A stretch of 29,064 nucleotides of DNA, taken from UHGV virus genome UHGV-0076264, one strand, 5' to 3'. Positions 18,697-27,596 of the stretch are shown in pieces. Positions within the stretch are counted from its first letter, which is position 1. Each line of letters opens with the position of its first letter. The position numbers and the translations under genes were made by a program. The notes under the pieces are model-generated. The model was not told the DNA's origin and ran no database searches. It saw nothing but the letters and a program-made list of their open reading frames with translations. The stretch is from a virus.

Positions 18697-18993
18697 TTAT
18701 ACCTCTGAATCAATATCAACCTGGTGGTGAGCAATGGTTTCAACCATGTACCGGATGTGTTCTGCCATGCGCTCCTGAAACTCAACATCGTCATCAAACG
18801 CACGGGTAATGGCTTTTTTGCTGGCCCCGTGGCGTTGCAAATGATCGATGCATAGCGATTCAAACAGGTGCTGGGGCAGGCTTTTTTCCATGTCGTCTGC
18901 CAGTTCTGCCTCTTTCTCTTCACGGGCGAGCTGCTGGTAGTGACGCGCCCAGCTCTGAGCCTCAAGACGATCCTGAATGTAATAAGCGTTCAT
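18697..18993 (-). CDS. gam: Lambda Gam (short form GamS), RecBCD inhibitor, 98 aa
   Basis: [37 protein letters not shown]... matches lambda Gam; an in-frame stop lies 19 codons upstream of the ATG. Confidence 0.9.
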   Translation of the reverse strand: MNAYYIQDRLEAQSWARHYQQLAREEKEAELADDMEKSLPQHLFESLCIDHLQRHGASKKAITRAFDDDVEFQERMAEHIRYMVETIAHHQVDIDSEV

Positions 18994-19069
18994 GGCTGAA
19001 CTCCTGAAAATGGCTGTGAAAATATCGCCCGCGAAATGCCAGGCTGATTAGGAAAACAGGAAAGGGGGG

Positions 19070-19276
19070 TTAGTGATTCAGGCCGTTACCGCGTCCGTCG
19101 AGAAAAACTTCCACGAGCAAATCACTGGTATAAGTGCGCTCGATGCCGCGATGCAGATAAAGCCGTCCGCGTAAATTAGCTGATGCAGTCCAGGTACCAT
19201 CTTTGTGTTTGACCAGCATTCCTGGCATGACCGCGCCGCGATTAACGGTCTGTGTTCCGTAATGTTGATGAACCAT
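19070..19276 (-). CDS. Possible Kil-like small protein, 68 aa (start chosen at ATG 19276 with AGGAG upstream; the ORF track extends it to 19480 from a TTG)
   Basis: Position immediately upstream of gam, with its stop inside the gam-L-homologous leader, corresponds to kil in lambda; sequence identity to Kil not confirmed. Confidence 0.3.
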   Translation of the reverse strand: MVHQHYGTQTVNRGAVMPGMLVKHKDGTWTASANLRGRLYLHRGIERTYTSDLLVEVFLDGRGNGLNH

Positions 19277-19498
19277 AAAAACTCCTGCCCGTAAGCTGGG
19301 CTGCTGAACATATAGAGACTTCTGCGCATATTCAGGCGGTGGATGGCCGCCGGTTGTCATAACTAAGCCGCCTCGTTGAAGCGACTGAGGTATGAAATGT
19401 TGAGTTAATTTCAGCTGGTCACACCGACGTTCACGCGTCCGTTTCACCCCTCGCACTCCCCGAAGCCTGCTGAAATTCAAACTGCGGATCTAAGCGGT

Positions 19499-19612
19499 CA
19501 TCGCAACGGTGAATCAGGTAGTTGCCGTATCGTTGTGTTGTTGCGATGAACTTATTTAAAACTATAGTTGTTTTATCGTCAACAACAAAAGTTGTTTTAT
19601 TGGTTGTTTTAG
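19499..19612. promoter_or_regulatory. Leftward early promoter/operator region (OL/pL-like) with cI-type half-sites and a 9-bp inverted repeat
   Basis: Palindromes built on AACAAC/GTTGTT half-sites (AACAACAAAAGTTGTT at about 19581-19596) that recur in the cI-cro intergenic region; inverted repeat CATCGCAAC/GTTGCGATG at 19499-19507 / 19540-19548. Confidence 0.5.
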
Positions 19613-19720
19613 ATATAACTGGTTGTATTTAGGATGGATTTATTTTGTGACTTGAATCGCATAGCGATAACTGAAGCGAGGTTATGGTGGTTTTTTTAAC
19701 GGTGTGTGTGATGAGGGGAG

Positions 19721-19750
19721 GGCAAAAGAAAACCCGGCACGGTGACCGGG
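19721..19750 (-). terminator. Intrinsic terminator downstream of cI
   Basis: Stem CCCGG/CCGGG (19733-19737 / 19746-19750) followed on the minus strand by TTTTCTTTTG. Confidence 0.5.
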
Positions 19751-19871
19751 ATTCTTACGCCGTTAGGTAAAGATATTATTGCGGTGGCTTAATATTACTA
19801 CCTAGAGCAAAGATAGGAATTAGTTCTTTACTGAATGAGCACAATGCCCAGTTGATAATTTTTAATTGGTA

Positions 19872-20561
19872 CTACCCATGCTTCCTATATGTCTGCGGCA
19901 TGCTCCCAATAACCTTACCGAAGATGAACACCCGGTTCATCTCGTCTTTCTCGATCGGGTCCCACGGTGAGTAGCTTTTGTTATCAGAGATGACCAGCAG
20001 CTTATCCTTCATCATTTGCAGGCGCTTTACATGGGCTGTGTCGTCGTACAGAAACGCATAGATACCATCACCGTCGAAAGATTTAACTGTGATATCAACG
20101 AACAGCAGATCACCTGGTTCGATCGTTCCTGACATGCTGTCACCACGCACGTTAATGATGCGGATATTTTCCGCCTTCCTACCATCGAACATGTGACGAG
20201 CATCGTCAAACGAGTACTCAACCGAGCGTAGAACTTCTACAAACTCACGGTTGATGACTCCCGGCCCAGCACTGACTTCTATATCAAGAACGTCAATCTT
20301 GAAGTATTTGGAATGGCTGACAGTTGATTGTATTGGTTGCACTGTACTGTCTGACATATTTCCAACGCCAGAAGATAACCATTCTGCGCGCACACCCAAA
20401 GCGTTCGCGATCTCCACGATTTTAGTTGTTTGATTAGCTTTCCCTGTTTCGATTTTCTGAATAGCAGCCTGGCTAACCCCGACCAAATCCCCAAGCGCCT
20501 TTTGTGTAAGGCCTCGCGCTAATCTGGCTTCTTTAAGTCTTTCTGAGAGTGTTGTTTTCAT
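19872..20561 (-). CDS. cI: CI-type prophage repressor (N-terminal HTH, C-terminal S24/LexA-like peptidase), 229 aa
   Basis: HTH (LTQKALGDLVGVSQAAIQKIETGK) and S24 region (RGDSMSGTIEPGDLLFVD ... VKRL); ORF trimmed to ATG at 20561. Confidence 0.85.
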   Translation of the reverse strand: MKTTLSERLKEARLARGLTQKALGDLVGVSQAAIQKIETGKANQTTKIVEIANALGVRAEWLSSGVGNMSDSTVQPIQSTVSHSKYFKIDVLDIEVSAGPGVINREFVEVLRSVEYSFDDARHMFDGRKAENIRIINVRGDSMSGTIEPGDLLFVDITVKSFDGDGIYAFLYDDTAHVKRLQMMKDKLLVISDNKSYSPWDPIEKDEMNRVFIFGKVIGSMPQTYRKHG

Positions 20562-20665
20562 AGTCCAAATGTACAACCAAGGTTTTATTTCATCAAACGA
20601 AAATGGTTGTTGACTAAAAACAACCATAGTTTTAATCTTGATTCAAATTAACCACGGAGGTTGTT
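20562..20665. promoter_or_regulatory. OR/pR/pRM-like operator-promoter region between cI and cro
   Basis: Inverted repeat TGGTTGTT-n7-AACAACCA and related half-sites in the 104-bp divergent intergenic region; RBS GGAGG before cro. Confidence 0.6.
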
Positions 20666-20896
20666 ATGAACCCAGCTATCAAAACAGCGATCAATATCGT
20701 TGGTTCACAAAAGAAACTGGGCGCTGCTTGCGAAGTTTCACAGCAGGCCGTCTATAAGTGGCTTCACAACAAAGCAAAGGTATCCCCTGAACATGTCGGC
20801 AGCATTGTTACGGCTACTGGTGGAGTAGTGAAGGCATACCAGATTCGCCCGGATCTTCCGAAGTTGTTTCCACACACCGAAAAGAACGCAGCTTAA
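20666..20896 (+). CDS. cro: Cro-like HTH repressor, 76 aa
   Basis: Small HTH protein (QKKLGAACEVSQQAVYKWL) transcribed divergently from cI. Confidence 0.8.
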   Translation: MNPAIKTAINIVGSQKKLGAACEVSQQAVYKWLHNKAKVSPEHVGSIVTATGGVVKAYQIRPDLPKLFPHTEKNAA

Positions 20897-20908
20897 ATTT
20901 CCATTTCA

Positions 20909-20922
20909 CGCTCTTTAACAAT
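20909..20922 (+). promoter_or_regulatory. boxA-like element (CGCTCTTTAACAAT) at the nutR-equivalent position, with no obvious boxB hairpin
   Basis: Match to the boxA consensus GCTCTTTAACAA 13 nt after the cro stop; no GC-rich boxB stem-loop found downstream. Confidence 0.4.
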
Positions 20923-20965
20923 AAGCAATCAACTTAACAGTCAATTCAAACTAAAGGAGTCAATT

Positions 20966-21505
20966 ATGCAACCACTTCCATACCAACAGACTAGCGGATT
21001 TAGCCCGACTGCGGTGATAAATCGTTCTCAAACAAAACAGGTGCCAGGCCACGAAAAAATCCGTGATGCCGTCCGCGCCTGGTCGGCTGTAGATAATCAG
21101 GATGTCGTTGCCACACTCATTGTGAATGAGTATCGGGAGCAGGGCGGCGGCACCATCGATTTCCCTGATGATGTCAGCCGTGCACGCCAGAAGCTGTTCC
21201 GCTTCCTCGATAACAAATTCGATTCTGAAAAATACCGAAATAACGTGCGTGAACTGACCCCGGCAATTCTGGCGGTACTACCGCTGGAATATCGCGGTTA
21301 CCTGGTTGAGCAGGATAGCTTCATGGCCAGGTTGGCTGAAATGGAAAAGGAACTCAGTGAGGCAAAACAGGCTGTCATTCTCAACGCACCACGCCACCAG
21401 AAACTGAAGGAAATTAGTGAAGGTATTGTATCGATGTTTCGTGTGGACCCAGATCTGGCTGGTCCATTGATGGCGATGGTTACTACCATGCTGGGGGCGA
21501 TATGA
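20966..21505 (+). CDS. CII-like lysogeny regulatory protein (phage CP76-type family, tentative), 179 aa
   Basis: Position directly after cro; size and composition fit the larger CII-like family; family assignment from memory. Confidence 0.5.
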   Translation: MQPLPYQQTSGFSPTAVINRSQTKQVPGHEKIRDAVRAWSAVDNQDVVATLIVNEYREQGGGTIDFPDDVSRARQKLFRFLDNKFDSEKYRNNVRELTPAILAVLPLEYRGYLVEQDSFMARLAEMEKELSEAKQAVILNAPRHQKLKEISEGIVSMFRVDPDLAGPLMAMVTTMLGAI

Positions 21506-21591
21506 CAGGTTCAGAAATGGCGAAAGCCGGTCTGCTGGAACAGAACCGACTTTCAGGTGCAAATCGTAACACACTCATTGCGGGAGGAATT

Positions 21592-22521
21592 ATGGCAAAC
21601 ACTGCTGAGATATTCAATTTTCCAGTGCCGGATGCGGCACAAAAGGAGCCGCGCGTGGCAGATCTCGATGATGGTTATACGCGCATTGCAAATGAGTTGC
21701 TGGAAGCTGTGATGCTGGCCGGATTAACACAGCACCAGCTTCTGGTCTTCCTGGCTGTCATGCGCAAAACATATGGCTTTAATAAAAAACTGGATTGGGT
21801 GAGCAACGAGCAACTGTCCGGATTGACCGGGATATTACCGCACAAGTGTTCTGCTGCAAAAAGTGTTCTGGTAAAGCGTGGGATTTTGATTCAGAGCGGG
21901 CGGAATATCGGTATTAATAATGTGGTCAGTGAATGGTCAACATTACCCGAATCAGGTAAGAAAAATAAAGTTTACCTGAAAGAGGTAAATTTACCTGAAT
22001 CAGGTAAGAAAAGTTTACCCAAATCAGGTAAAGGCGTTTACCCGAATCAGGTAAACACAAAAGACAAACTAACAAAAGACAATATAAAACCTTTTTCGTC
22101 CGAGAATTCTGGCGAATCCTCTGACCAACCAGAAAACGATCTTCCTGTGGTGAAACCAGATGCTGCAATTCAGAGCGGCAGCAAGTGGGGGACAGCAGAA
22201 GACCTGACCGCCGCAGAGTGGATGTTTGACATGGTGAAGACCATCGCACCATCAGCCAGAAAACCGAATTTTGCAGGGTGGGCTAACGATATCCGCCTGA
22301 TGCGTGAACGTGACGGACGTAACCACCGCGACATGTGCGTGCTTTTCCGCTGGGCATGCCAGGACAACTTCTGGTCCGGTAACGTGCTAAGTCCGGCCAA
22401 ACTCCGCGACAAGTGGACCCAACTCGAAATCAACCGTAACAAGCAACAGGCAGGCATGATAGCCAGCAAACCAAAACTCGACCTGACAAACACTGACTGG
22501 ATTTACGGGGTGGATTTATGA
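21592..22521 (+). CDS. O: Replication initiator O (lambda O-like), about 309 aa
   Basis: Homology to the lambda O N-terminus (VADLDDGY, RKTYG); contains internal origin iterons; start set at ATG 21592 with GGGAGG RBS rather than the ORF-track start. Confidence 0.85.
   Translation: MANTAEIFNFPVPDAAQKEPRVADLDDGYTRIANELLEAVMLAGLTQHQLLVFLAVMRKTYGFNKKLDWVSNEQLSGLTGILPHKCSAAKSVLVKRGILIQSGRNIGINNVVSEWSTLPESGKKNKVYLKEVNLPESGKKSLPKSGKGVYPNQVNTKDKLTKDNIKPFSSENSGESSDQPENDLPVVKPDAAIQSGSKWGTAEDLTAAEWMFDMVKTIAPSARKPNFAGWANDIRLMRERDGRNHRDMCVLFRWACQDNFWSGNVLSPAKLRDKWTQLEINRNKQQAGMIASKPKLDLTNTDWIYGVDL
21943..22054. repeat. Origin iterons: about five copies of the palindromic unit TTACCYGAATCAGGTAA inside the O gene
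   Basis: Direct repeats each with internal dyad symmetry, followed by an AT-rich stretch, as at lambda ori. Confidence 0.7.
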
Positions 22522-23219
22522 AAAACATCGCCGCACAGATGGTTAACTTTGACCGTGAGCAGATGCGTCGGATCGCCAACAACATGCCGGAACAGTACGA
22601 CGAAAAGCCGCAGGTACAGCAGGTAGCGCAGATCATCAACGGTGTGTTCAGCCAGTTACTGGCAACTTTCCCGGCGAGCCTGGCTAACCGTGACCAGAAT
22701 GAACTGAACGAAATCCGCCGCCAGTGGGTGCTGGCTTTTCGGGAAAACGGGATCACCACAATGGAACAGGTTAACGCTGGAATGCGCGTAGCCCGTCGGC
22801 AGAATCGACCATTCCTGCCATCACCCGGGCAGTTTGTCGCCTGGTGCCGGGAAGAAGCATCCGTTACCGCCGGGCTGCCAAACGCCAGCGAGCTGGTTGA
22901 TATGGTTTACGAGTATTGCCGGAAGCGCGGGCTGTATCCGGATGCAGAGTCTTATCCGTGGAAATCAAACGCGCACTACTGGCTGGTTACCAACCTGTAT
23001 CAGAACATGCGGGCCAATGCGTTGACTGACGCGGAATTACGGCGCAAGGCTGCCGATGAACTGTCCTGTATGACCGCACGAATTAACCGTGGTGAGGCTA
23101 TACCTGAACCAGTAAAACAACTTCCTGTCATGGGCGGTAGACCTCTAAATCGTGCACAGGCTCTGGCGAAGATCGCAGAAATCAAAGCTAAGTTTGGGCT
23201 GAAAGGAGCAAGGGTATGA
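22518..23219 (+). CDS. P: Replication protein P (DnaB helicase loader), 233 aa
   Basis: Matches lambda P in length and sequence as recalled; start overlaps the O stop. Confidence 0.9.
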   Translation: MKNIAAQMVNFDREQMRRIANNMPEQYDEKPQVQQVAQIINGVFSQLLATFPASLANRDQNELNEIRRQWVLAFRENGITTMEQVNAGMRVARRQNRPFLPSPGQFVAWCREEASVTAGLPNASELVDMVYEYCRKRGLYPDAESYPWKSNAHYWLVTNLYQNMRANALTDAELRRKAADELSCMTARINRGEAIPEPVKQLPVMGGRPLNRAQALAKIAEIKAKFGLKGARV

Positions 23220-23518
23220 CGGGCAAAGAGGCAATTATTCATTACCTGGGGACTCATAAGAAATTCTGTGCGCAGGACGTTGCCGCGGTAACAGGCGCAA
23301 CGGTAACCAGCATAAATCAGGCTGCGGCTAAAATGGCACGGGCAGGTCTTCTGGCTATCGAAGGTAAGGTCTGGCGAACGGTGTATTACCGGTTTGCTAC
23401 CAGAGAAGAACGGGAAGGAAAGGTGAGCACGAATCTGATTTTTAAGGAGTGTCGCCAGAGTGCCGCGATGAAACGGGTATTGAGGGTATATAAAAGAACA
23501 TCAATGGGTACACAATGA
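23216..23518 (+). CDS. ren: Ren protein, 100 aa
   Basis: MTGKEAIIHYLGTHKKFCAQDVAA... matches lambda Ren; overlaps the P stop. Confidence 0.8.
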   Translation: MTGKEAIIHYLGTHKKFCAQDVAAVTGATVTSINQAAAKMARAGLLAIEGKVWRTVYYRFATREEREGKVSTNLIFKECRQSAAMKRVLRVYKRTSMGTQ

Positions 23519-23585
23519 TGAAACAGGTGAGTTGAGTTCAAACTGTAGTACAATTCTCTCCAGTTTGAACAGGAAAGAATATTCT

Positions 23586-23918
23586 ATGAACCCTTATATT
23601 TATCTTGGTGGTGCAATACTTGCAGAGGTCATTGGTACAACCTTAATGAAGTTTTCAGAAGGTTTTACACGGTTATGGCCATCTGTTGGTACAATTATTT
23701 GTTATTGTGCATCATTCTGGTTATTAGCTCAGACGCTGGCTTATATTCCTACAGGGATTGCTTATGCTATCTGGTCAGGAGTCGGTATTGTCCTGATTAG
23801 CTTACTGTCATGGGGACTTTTCGGCCAACGGCTGGACCTGCCAGCCATTATAGGCATGATGTTGATTTGTGCCGGTGTGTTGGTTATTAATTTATTGTCA
23901 CGAAGCACACCACATTAA
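23586..23918 (+). CDS. emrE: Small multidrug resistance efflux protein EmrE, 110 aa
   Basis: MNPYIYLGGAILAEVIGTTLMKFSEGFTRLW... is essentially E. coli EmrE; the ORF-track start at 23532 is a spurious TTG extension. Confidence 0.9.
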   Translation: MNPYIYLGGAILAEVIGTTLMKFSEGFTRLWPSVGTIICYCASFWLLAQTLAYIPTGIAYAIWSGVGIVLISLLSWGLFGQRLDLPAIIGMMLICAGVLVINLLSRSTPH

Positions 23919-23948
23919 AAATAATTTGTTTCTAAACGACTAAAATAT

Positions 23949-23989
23949 GGAGGCTCTTATATTTATATGAGCCTCGTTTTATGCTTTTT
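23949..23989 (+). terminator. Intrinsic terminator after emrE
   Basis: Stem GAGGCTC/GAGCCTC (23950-23956 / 23969-23975) followed by GTTTTATGCTTTTTG. Confidence 0.6.
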
Positions 23990-24173
23990 GTTAATGTCTT
24001 TATTTTTTTATGTATTCTTTTGTGCTTTCAAGATTATGGCGTAAGAAAATTGCAATACGATTATTGTTGTATATTCAAGATAATGTGACCTTAATTGTCT
24101 TTTTAAATAAAAATTAAACAAAATTATATCCCACCACTAAGGTTTATAAAAGCATACGTTAGCAGGTGTCACC

Positions 24174-25700
24174 ATGAAAAAAGCCATAGCATATATGCGA
24201 TTTTCATCACCAGGTCAGATGTCTGGCGACTCATTAAACCGACAGAGAAGACTTATTGCTGAATGGTTAAAGGTAAATAGTGATTATTATCTTGATACCA
24301 TAACATATGAAGATTTAGGATTAAGTGCATTCAAAGGAAAGCATGCACAATCAGGAGCTTTTTCGGAATTTTTAGATGCTATAGAGCATGGTTATATATT
24401 GCCAGGAACTACATTGTTAGTTGAAAGTCTGGACAGACTTTCAAGAGAAAAAGTCGGTGAAGCGATTGAACGTCTGAAATTGATTTTGAATCACGGTATT
24501 GATGTTATAACTCTTTGCGACAATACAGTCTATAATATTGACTCTTTGAATGAGCCATATTCATTAATAAAAGCCATACTTATAGCACAAAGGGCAAATG
24601 AAGAAAGCGAGATAAAGTCAAGTCGGGTTAAATTATCATGGAAGAAAAAACGGCAGGATGCACTGGAATCAGGTACGATTATGACGGCGTCTTGTCCGAG
24701 ATGGCTCTCCTTAGATGACAAAAGAACGGCTTTTGTTCCAGACCCCGACAGGGTGAAAACTATTGAGCTAATTTTTAAACTCAGGATGGAAAGGCGCTCA
24801 TTGAATGCAATAGCCAAGTATTTAAATGATCATGCTGTAAAGAATTTCTCAGGAAAAGAAAGTGCATGGGGACCTTCTGTAATTGAAAAATTATTAGCGA
24901 ATAAAGCTCTGATAGGTATATGCGTACCTTCATATCGTGCAAGAGGTAAAGGAATAAGTGAAATCGCTGGCTATTATCCCAGAGTCATATCAGATGATTT
25001 GTTTTACGCTGTACAGGAAATTCGGTTGGCACCTTTTGGTATTAGCAATAGTAGCAAAAATCCTATGTTGATAAATCTACTTCGAACAGTTATGAAGTGC
25101 GAGGCTTGTGGTAATACCATGATTGTTCATGCGGTATCTAGAAGTTTGCATGGCTATTATGTTTGTCCGATGAGAAGACTGCATCGATGTGACAGGCCAT
25201 CAATAAAGAGAGATTTGGTTGATTATAATATCATTAATGAGTTGCTTTTTAATTGTAGTAAAATCCAACCAGTTGAAAACAAGAAAGATGCTAATGAAAC
25301 TTTAGAGTTGAAAATTATTGAGCTCCAGATGAAAATTAATAATTTAATTGCTGCATTATCTGTTGCGCCTGAAGTTACCGCTATAGCAGAAAAAATCAGA
25401 GTATTAGATAAGGAATTACGAAGGGCTTCTGTATCATTAAAAACTTTGAAGAGTAAAGCGGTGAGTTCACTTGGTGATTTTCATGCTATTGACTTAACCA
25501 GTAAAAATGGGCGAGAGCTATGTCGTACACTTGCCTATAAAACATTCGAAAAAATCATAATCAATACAGATAATAAAACCTGTGATATCTATTTTATGAA
25601 TGGCATTGTTTTTAAACACTATCCTTTAATGAAAACAATATCCGCCCAGCAGGCGATAAGTACTCTCAAATATATGGTTGATGGTGAGGTTTATTTTTGA
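24174..25700 (+). CDS. Large serine recombinase (YbcK-like), 508 aa
   Basis: N-terminal resolvase catalytic motif AIAYMRFSSPGQ, Cys-rich zinc-ribbon-like region and C-terminal coiled coil. Confidence 0.8.
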   Translation: MKKAIAYMRFSSPGQMSGDSLNRQRRLIAEWLKVNSDYYLDTITYEDLGLSAFKGKHAQSGAFSEFLDAIEHGYILPGTTLLVESLDRLSREKVGEAIERLKLILNHGIDVITLCDNTVYNIDSLNEPYSLIKAILIAQRANEESEIKSSRVKLSWKKKRQDALESGTIMTASCPRWLSLDDKRTAFVPDPDRVKTIELIFKLRMERRSLNAIAKYLNDHAVKNFSGKESAWGPSVIEKLLANKALIGICVPSYRARGKGISEIAGYYPRVISDDLFYAVQEIRLAPFGISNSSKNPMLINLLRTVMKCEACGNTMIVHAVSRSLHGYYVCPMRRLHRCDRPSIKRDLVDYNIINELLFNCSKIQPVENKKDANETLELKIIELQMKINNLIAALSVAPEVTAIAEKIRVLDKELRRASVSLKTLKSKAVSSLGDFHAIDLTSKNGRELCRTLAYKTFEKIIINTDNKTCDIYFMNGIVFKHYPLMKTISAQQAISTLKYMVDGEVYF

Positions 25701-25811
25701 GTAATAATCACTTTTTCAACCGTGCTATAGTAAGAAAGTTAGGTAAGTACATTAAAATTATCTATCCTGAACGAAGCGTCCTGAGCTATGGTTTTACTAT
25801 AGAGACTGCCA

Positions 25812-26135
25812 ATGGATGCTGGCGTTCTCGTTCTAGCAGTTCAACAATACCCAATCACAAAACAATTCACTGATAACGAACTTTGCACACTCGCCTGGTT
25901 ATGGCGAGCAGGGAATGTGATGTTAATTACCTACCAGAACGTTACTCCTCTTCTTCAGGTTGCGGAGCATCGTGAAGCTGGTCGCTTCACTTCTATCGAG
26001 CAAGAATATCCCCAGATACTCAATAAGGCACAGGCAATCCTTGCCAGAGAAACGGCACATGTAAAATTCCGGCCGTGGCAGGATGATAAGTGGAGTCGAG
26101 TTTTGCCGCATTTACGTTCGGATCGATTACAGTAG
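25812..26135 (+). CDS. Hypothetical protein, 107 aa
   Basis: ORF only; no recognisable motif. Confidence 0.3.
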   Translation: MDAGVLVLAVQQYPITKQFTDNELCTLAWLWRAGNVMLITYQNVTPLLQVAEHREAGRFTSIEQEYPQILNKAQAILARETAHVKFRPWQDDKWSRVLPHLRSDRLQ

Positions 26136-26596
26136 ATTCCAATTAACAATGAGAAACACATAGCCACCCCGTGGTATTGAAACCATATAATGTTGGATTT
26201 GAAAACAGATCTTTTTCCATGTATTAATAACTACATCCCCGCGAGTGATTCAAAAAGGAGGGCCCAATTTTGTCCGAGTTTTTGTATTCCCCCGCATGCC
26301 GCTGCGGAGCACTACATCTGAGTGTCTGACTAGGGGATAAAATTAGACTGGATAGTGAGAAGAAAGTGGCGTGCTAGGCTGTGCCGAGTGCTACCAGTAC
26401 ACCCTGGGGGTGTGCAGCTTTCGCCGAGACTGTAGTGGGTATCGGTTAATGCACGAAAAACCGAGAGGTCAGACAACCAATTTGCCGTAGGATTGTTTCC
26501 GGTGCGATACCGGTGTACTAACTGAAAGCAATGCGAAAAAGCATAAACTCGGTCCTTCAGTCGCCCTACACACTATTTACTAAGAAGGGCTAAAGC

Positions 26597-26953
26597 ATGG
26601 ATACAATTATCACATGGATGGGAGATCGTCTGTTGGGGTGGATAACAAACAAATCCGATCTGCGGCAGAGGGCAATCACTGGATTAACTCCTGCGATTTA
26701 TTCAACAATTTTATATACTGAAAAATTAAAACGTGGTGAGCCTAATAACCCAAACGAAGAAGAAAAACTTTATAGGCTTTGGTATGAAGCGTCTTCCCAA
26801 GTCGTAGACTTTGATCGAGAGCTGGCTAAAAGATGTTTAGATAAATCAGAATATTGGCTTCATTCTGAATTATATAGCCCTGAGAAAGTTGGAGAGCTAA
26901 ACATTTCTTTGGTTGGTATGAAGGCAACGCTTGAAGGAATAAAGCACAATTAA
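26597..26953 (+). CDS. Hypothetical protein, 118 aa, AT-rich
   Basis: ORF with AAGAAGGG RBS-like sequence upstream; no recognisable motif. Confidence 0.4.
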   Translation: MDTIITWMGDRLLGWITNKSDLRQRAITGLTPAIYSTILYTEKLKRGEPNNPNEEEKLYRLWYEASSQVVDFDRELAKRCLDKSEYWLHSELYSPEKVGELNISLVGMKATLEGIKHN

Positions 26954-27140
26954 AACCTTTGATTTGCGATAATCAACTCGCCATAATCATGTCATCGGAG
27001 CCTGAACAACTCCGGTGACTTCTGCGCTAAACGGGGACGTTTATGCGCACACACAATCCAAACTCTCTTCTCCCTCCACAGATGCAGAAATGCACCTGCG
27101 ATATATTGTATCCAGCGTTTGACCTCTGCGGAGGTGAAGC

Positions 27141-27596
27141 GTGAATCTCCCACAAGATGGCATCAAATTACATCGCGGTAACTTCACCGCTATCGGTCGG
27201 CAGATCCAGCCTTATCTGGAGGAGGGCAAATGCTTTCGCATGGTGCTTAAACCGTGGCGTGAGAAACGCAGTCTTTCCCAGAATGCACTCAGCCACATGT
27301 GGTACAGCGAAATCAGTGAATACCTCATCAGCAGGGGTAAAACGTTCGCTACTCCAGCTTGGGTAAAAGATGCTCTCAAACACACATATCTCGGTTATGA
27401 AACCAAAGACCTGGTTGATGTTGTAACCGGTGATATCACCACTATCCAGTCGTTACGCCATACCTCCGATCTTGATACCGGAGAGATGTATGTCTTCCTG
27501 TGTAAGGTTGAAGCCTGGGCGGTGAATATTGGCTGCCACCTGACTATTCCGCAGAGCTGCGAGTTCCAGCTGCTCCGCGACAAGCAGGAGGCGTAA
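27141..27596 (+). CDS. NinB/Orf-family recombination protein (YbcN-like), 151 aa, GTG start
   Basis: NinB-like motif [12 protein letters not shown]; gene order before ninE as in lambdoid nin regions. Confidence 0.75.
   Translation: MNLPQDGIKLHRGNFTAIGRQIQPYLEEGKCFRMVLKPWREKRSLSQNALSHMWYSEISEYLISRGKTFATPAWVKDALKHTYLGYETKDLVDVVTGDITTIQSLRHTSDLDTGEMYVFLCKVEAWAVNIGCHLTIPQSCEFQLLRDKQEA

Noticed and set aside
19078-19329. 83-aa minus-strand ORF in an alternative frame upstream of gam
   Set aside because: Overlaps the kil-like frame, whose stop aligns with the kil position relative to the gam leader; both cannot be real and this one lacks an RBS
19277-19480. N-like antiterminator suggested by the arginine-rich N-terminus (RGVKRTRERR) of the 136-aa ORF
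   Set aside because: The ORF starts at a TTG with no RBS, is continuous with the kil-like frame, and no boxA-boxB nut site precedes it; the Arg-rich stretch is more likely an out-of-frame artefact of GC-rich leader sequence
21943-22054. CRISPR-like repeat array
   Set aside because: The repeats are 17-bp palindromic iterons with very short variable spacing inside the O gene, matching a replication origin; no cas genes are present
21926-22759. Minus-strand ORFs of 107-109 aa inside O and P
   Set aside because: Antisense to two well-supported replication genes
24530-24817. 95-aa minus-strand ORF
   Set aside because: Antisense to the serine recombinase gene in an AT-rich stretch
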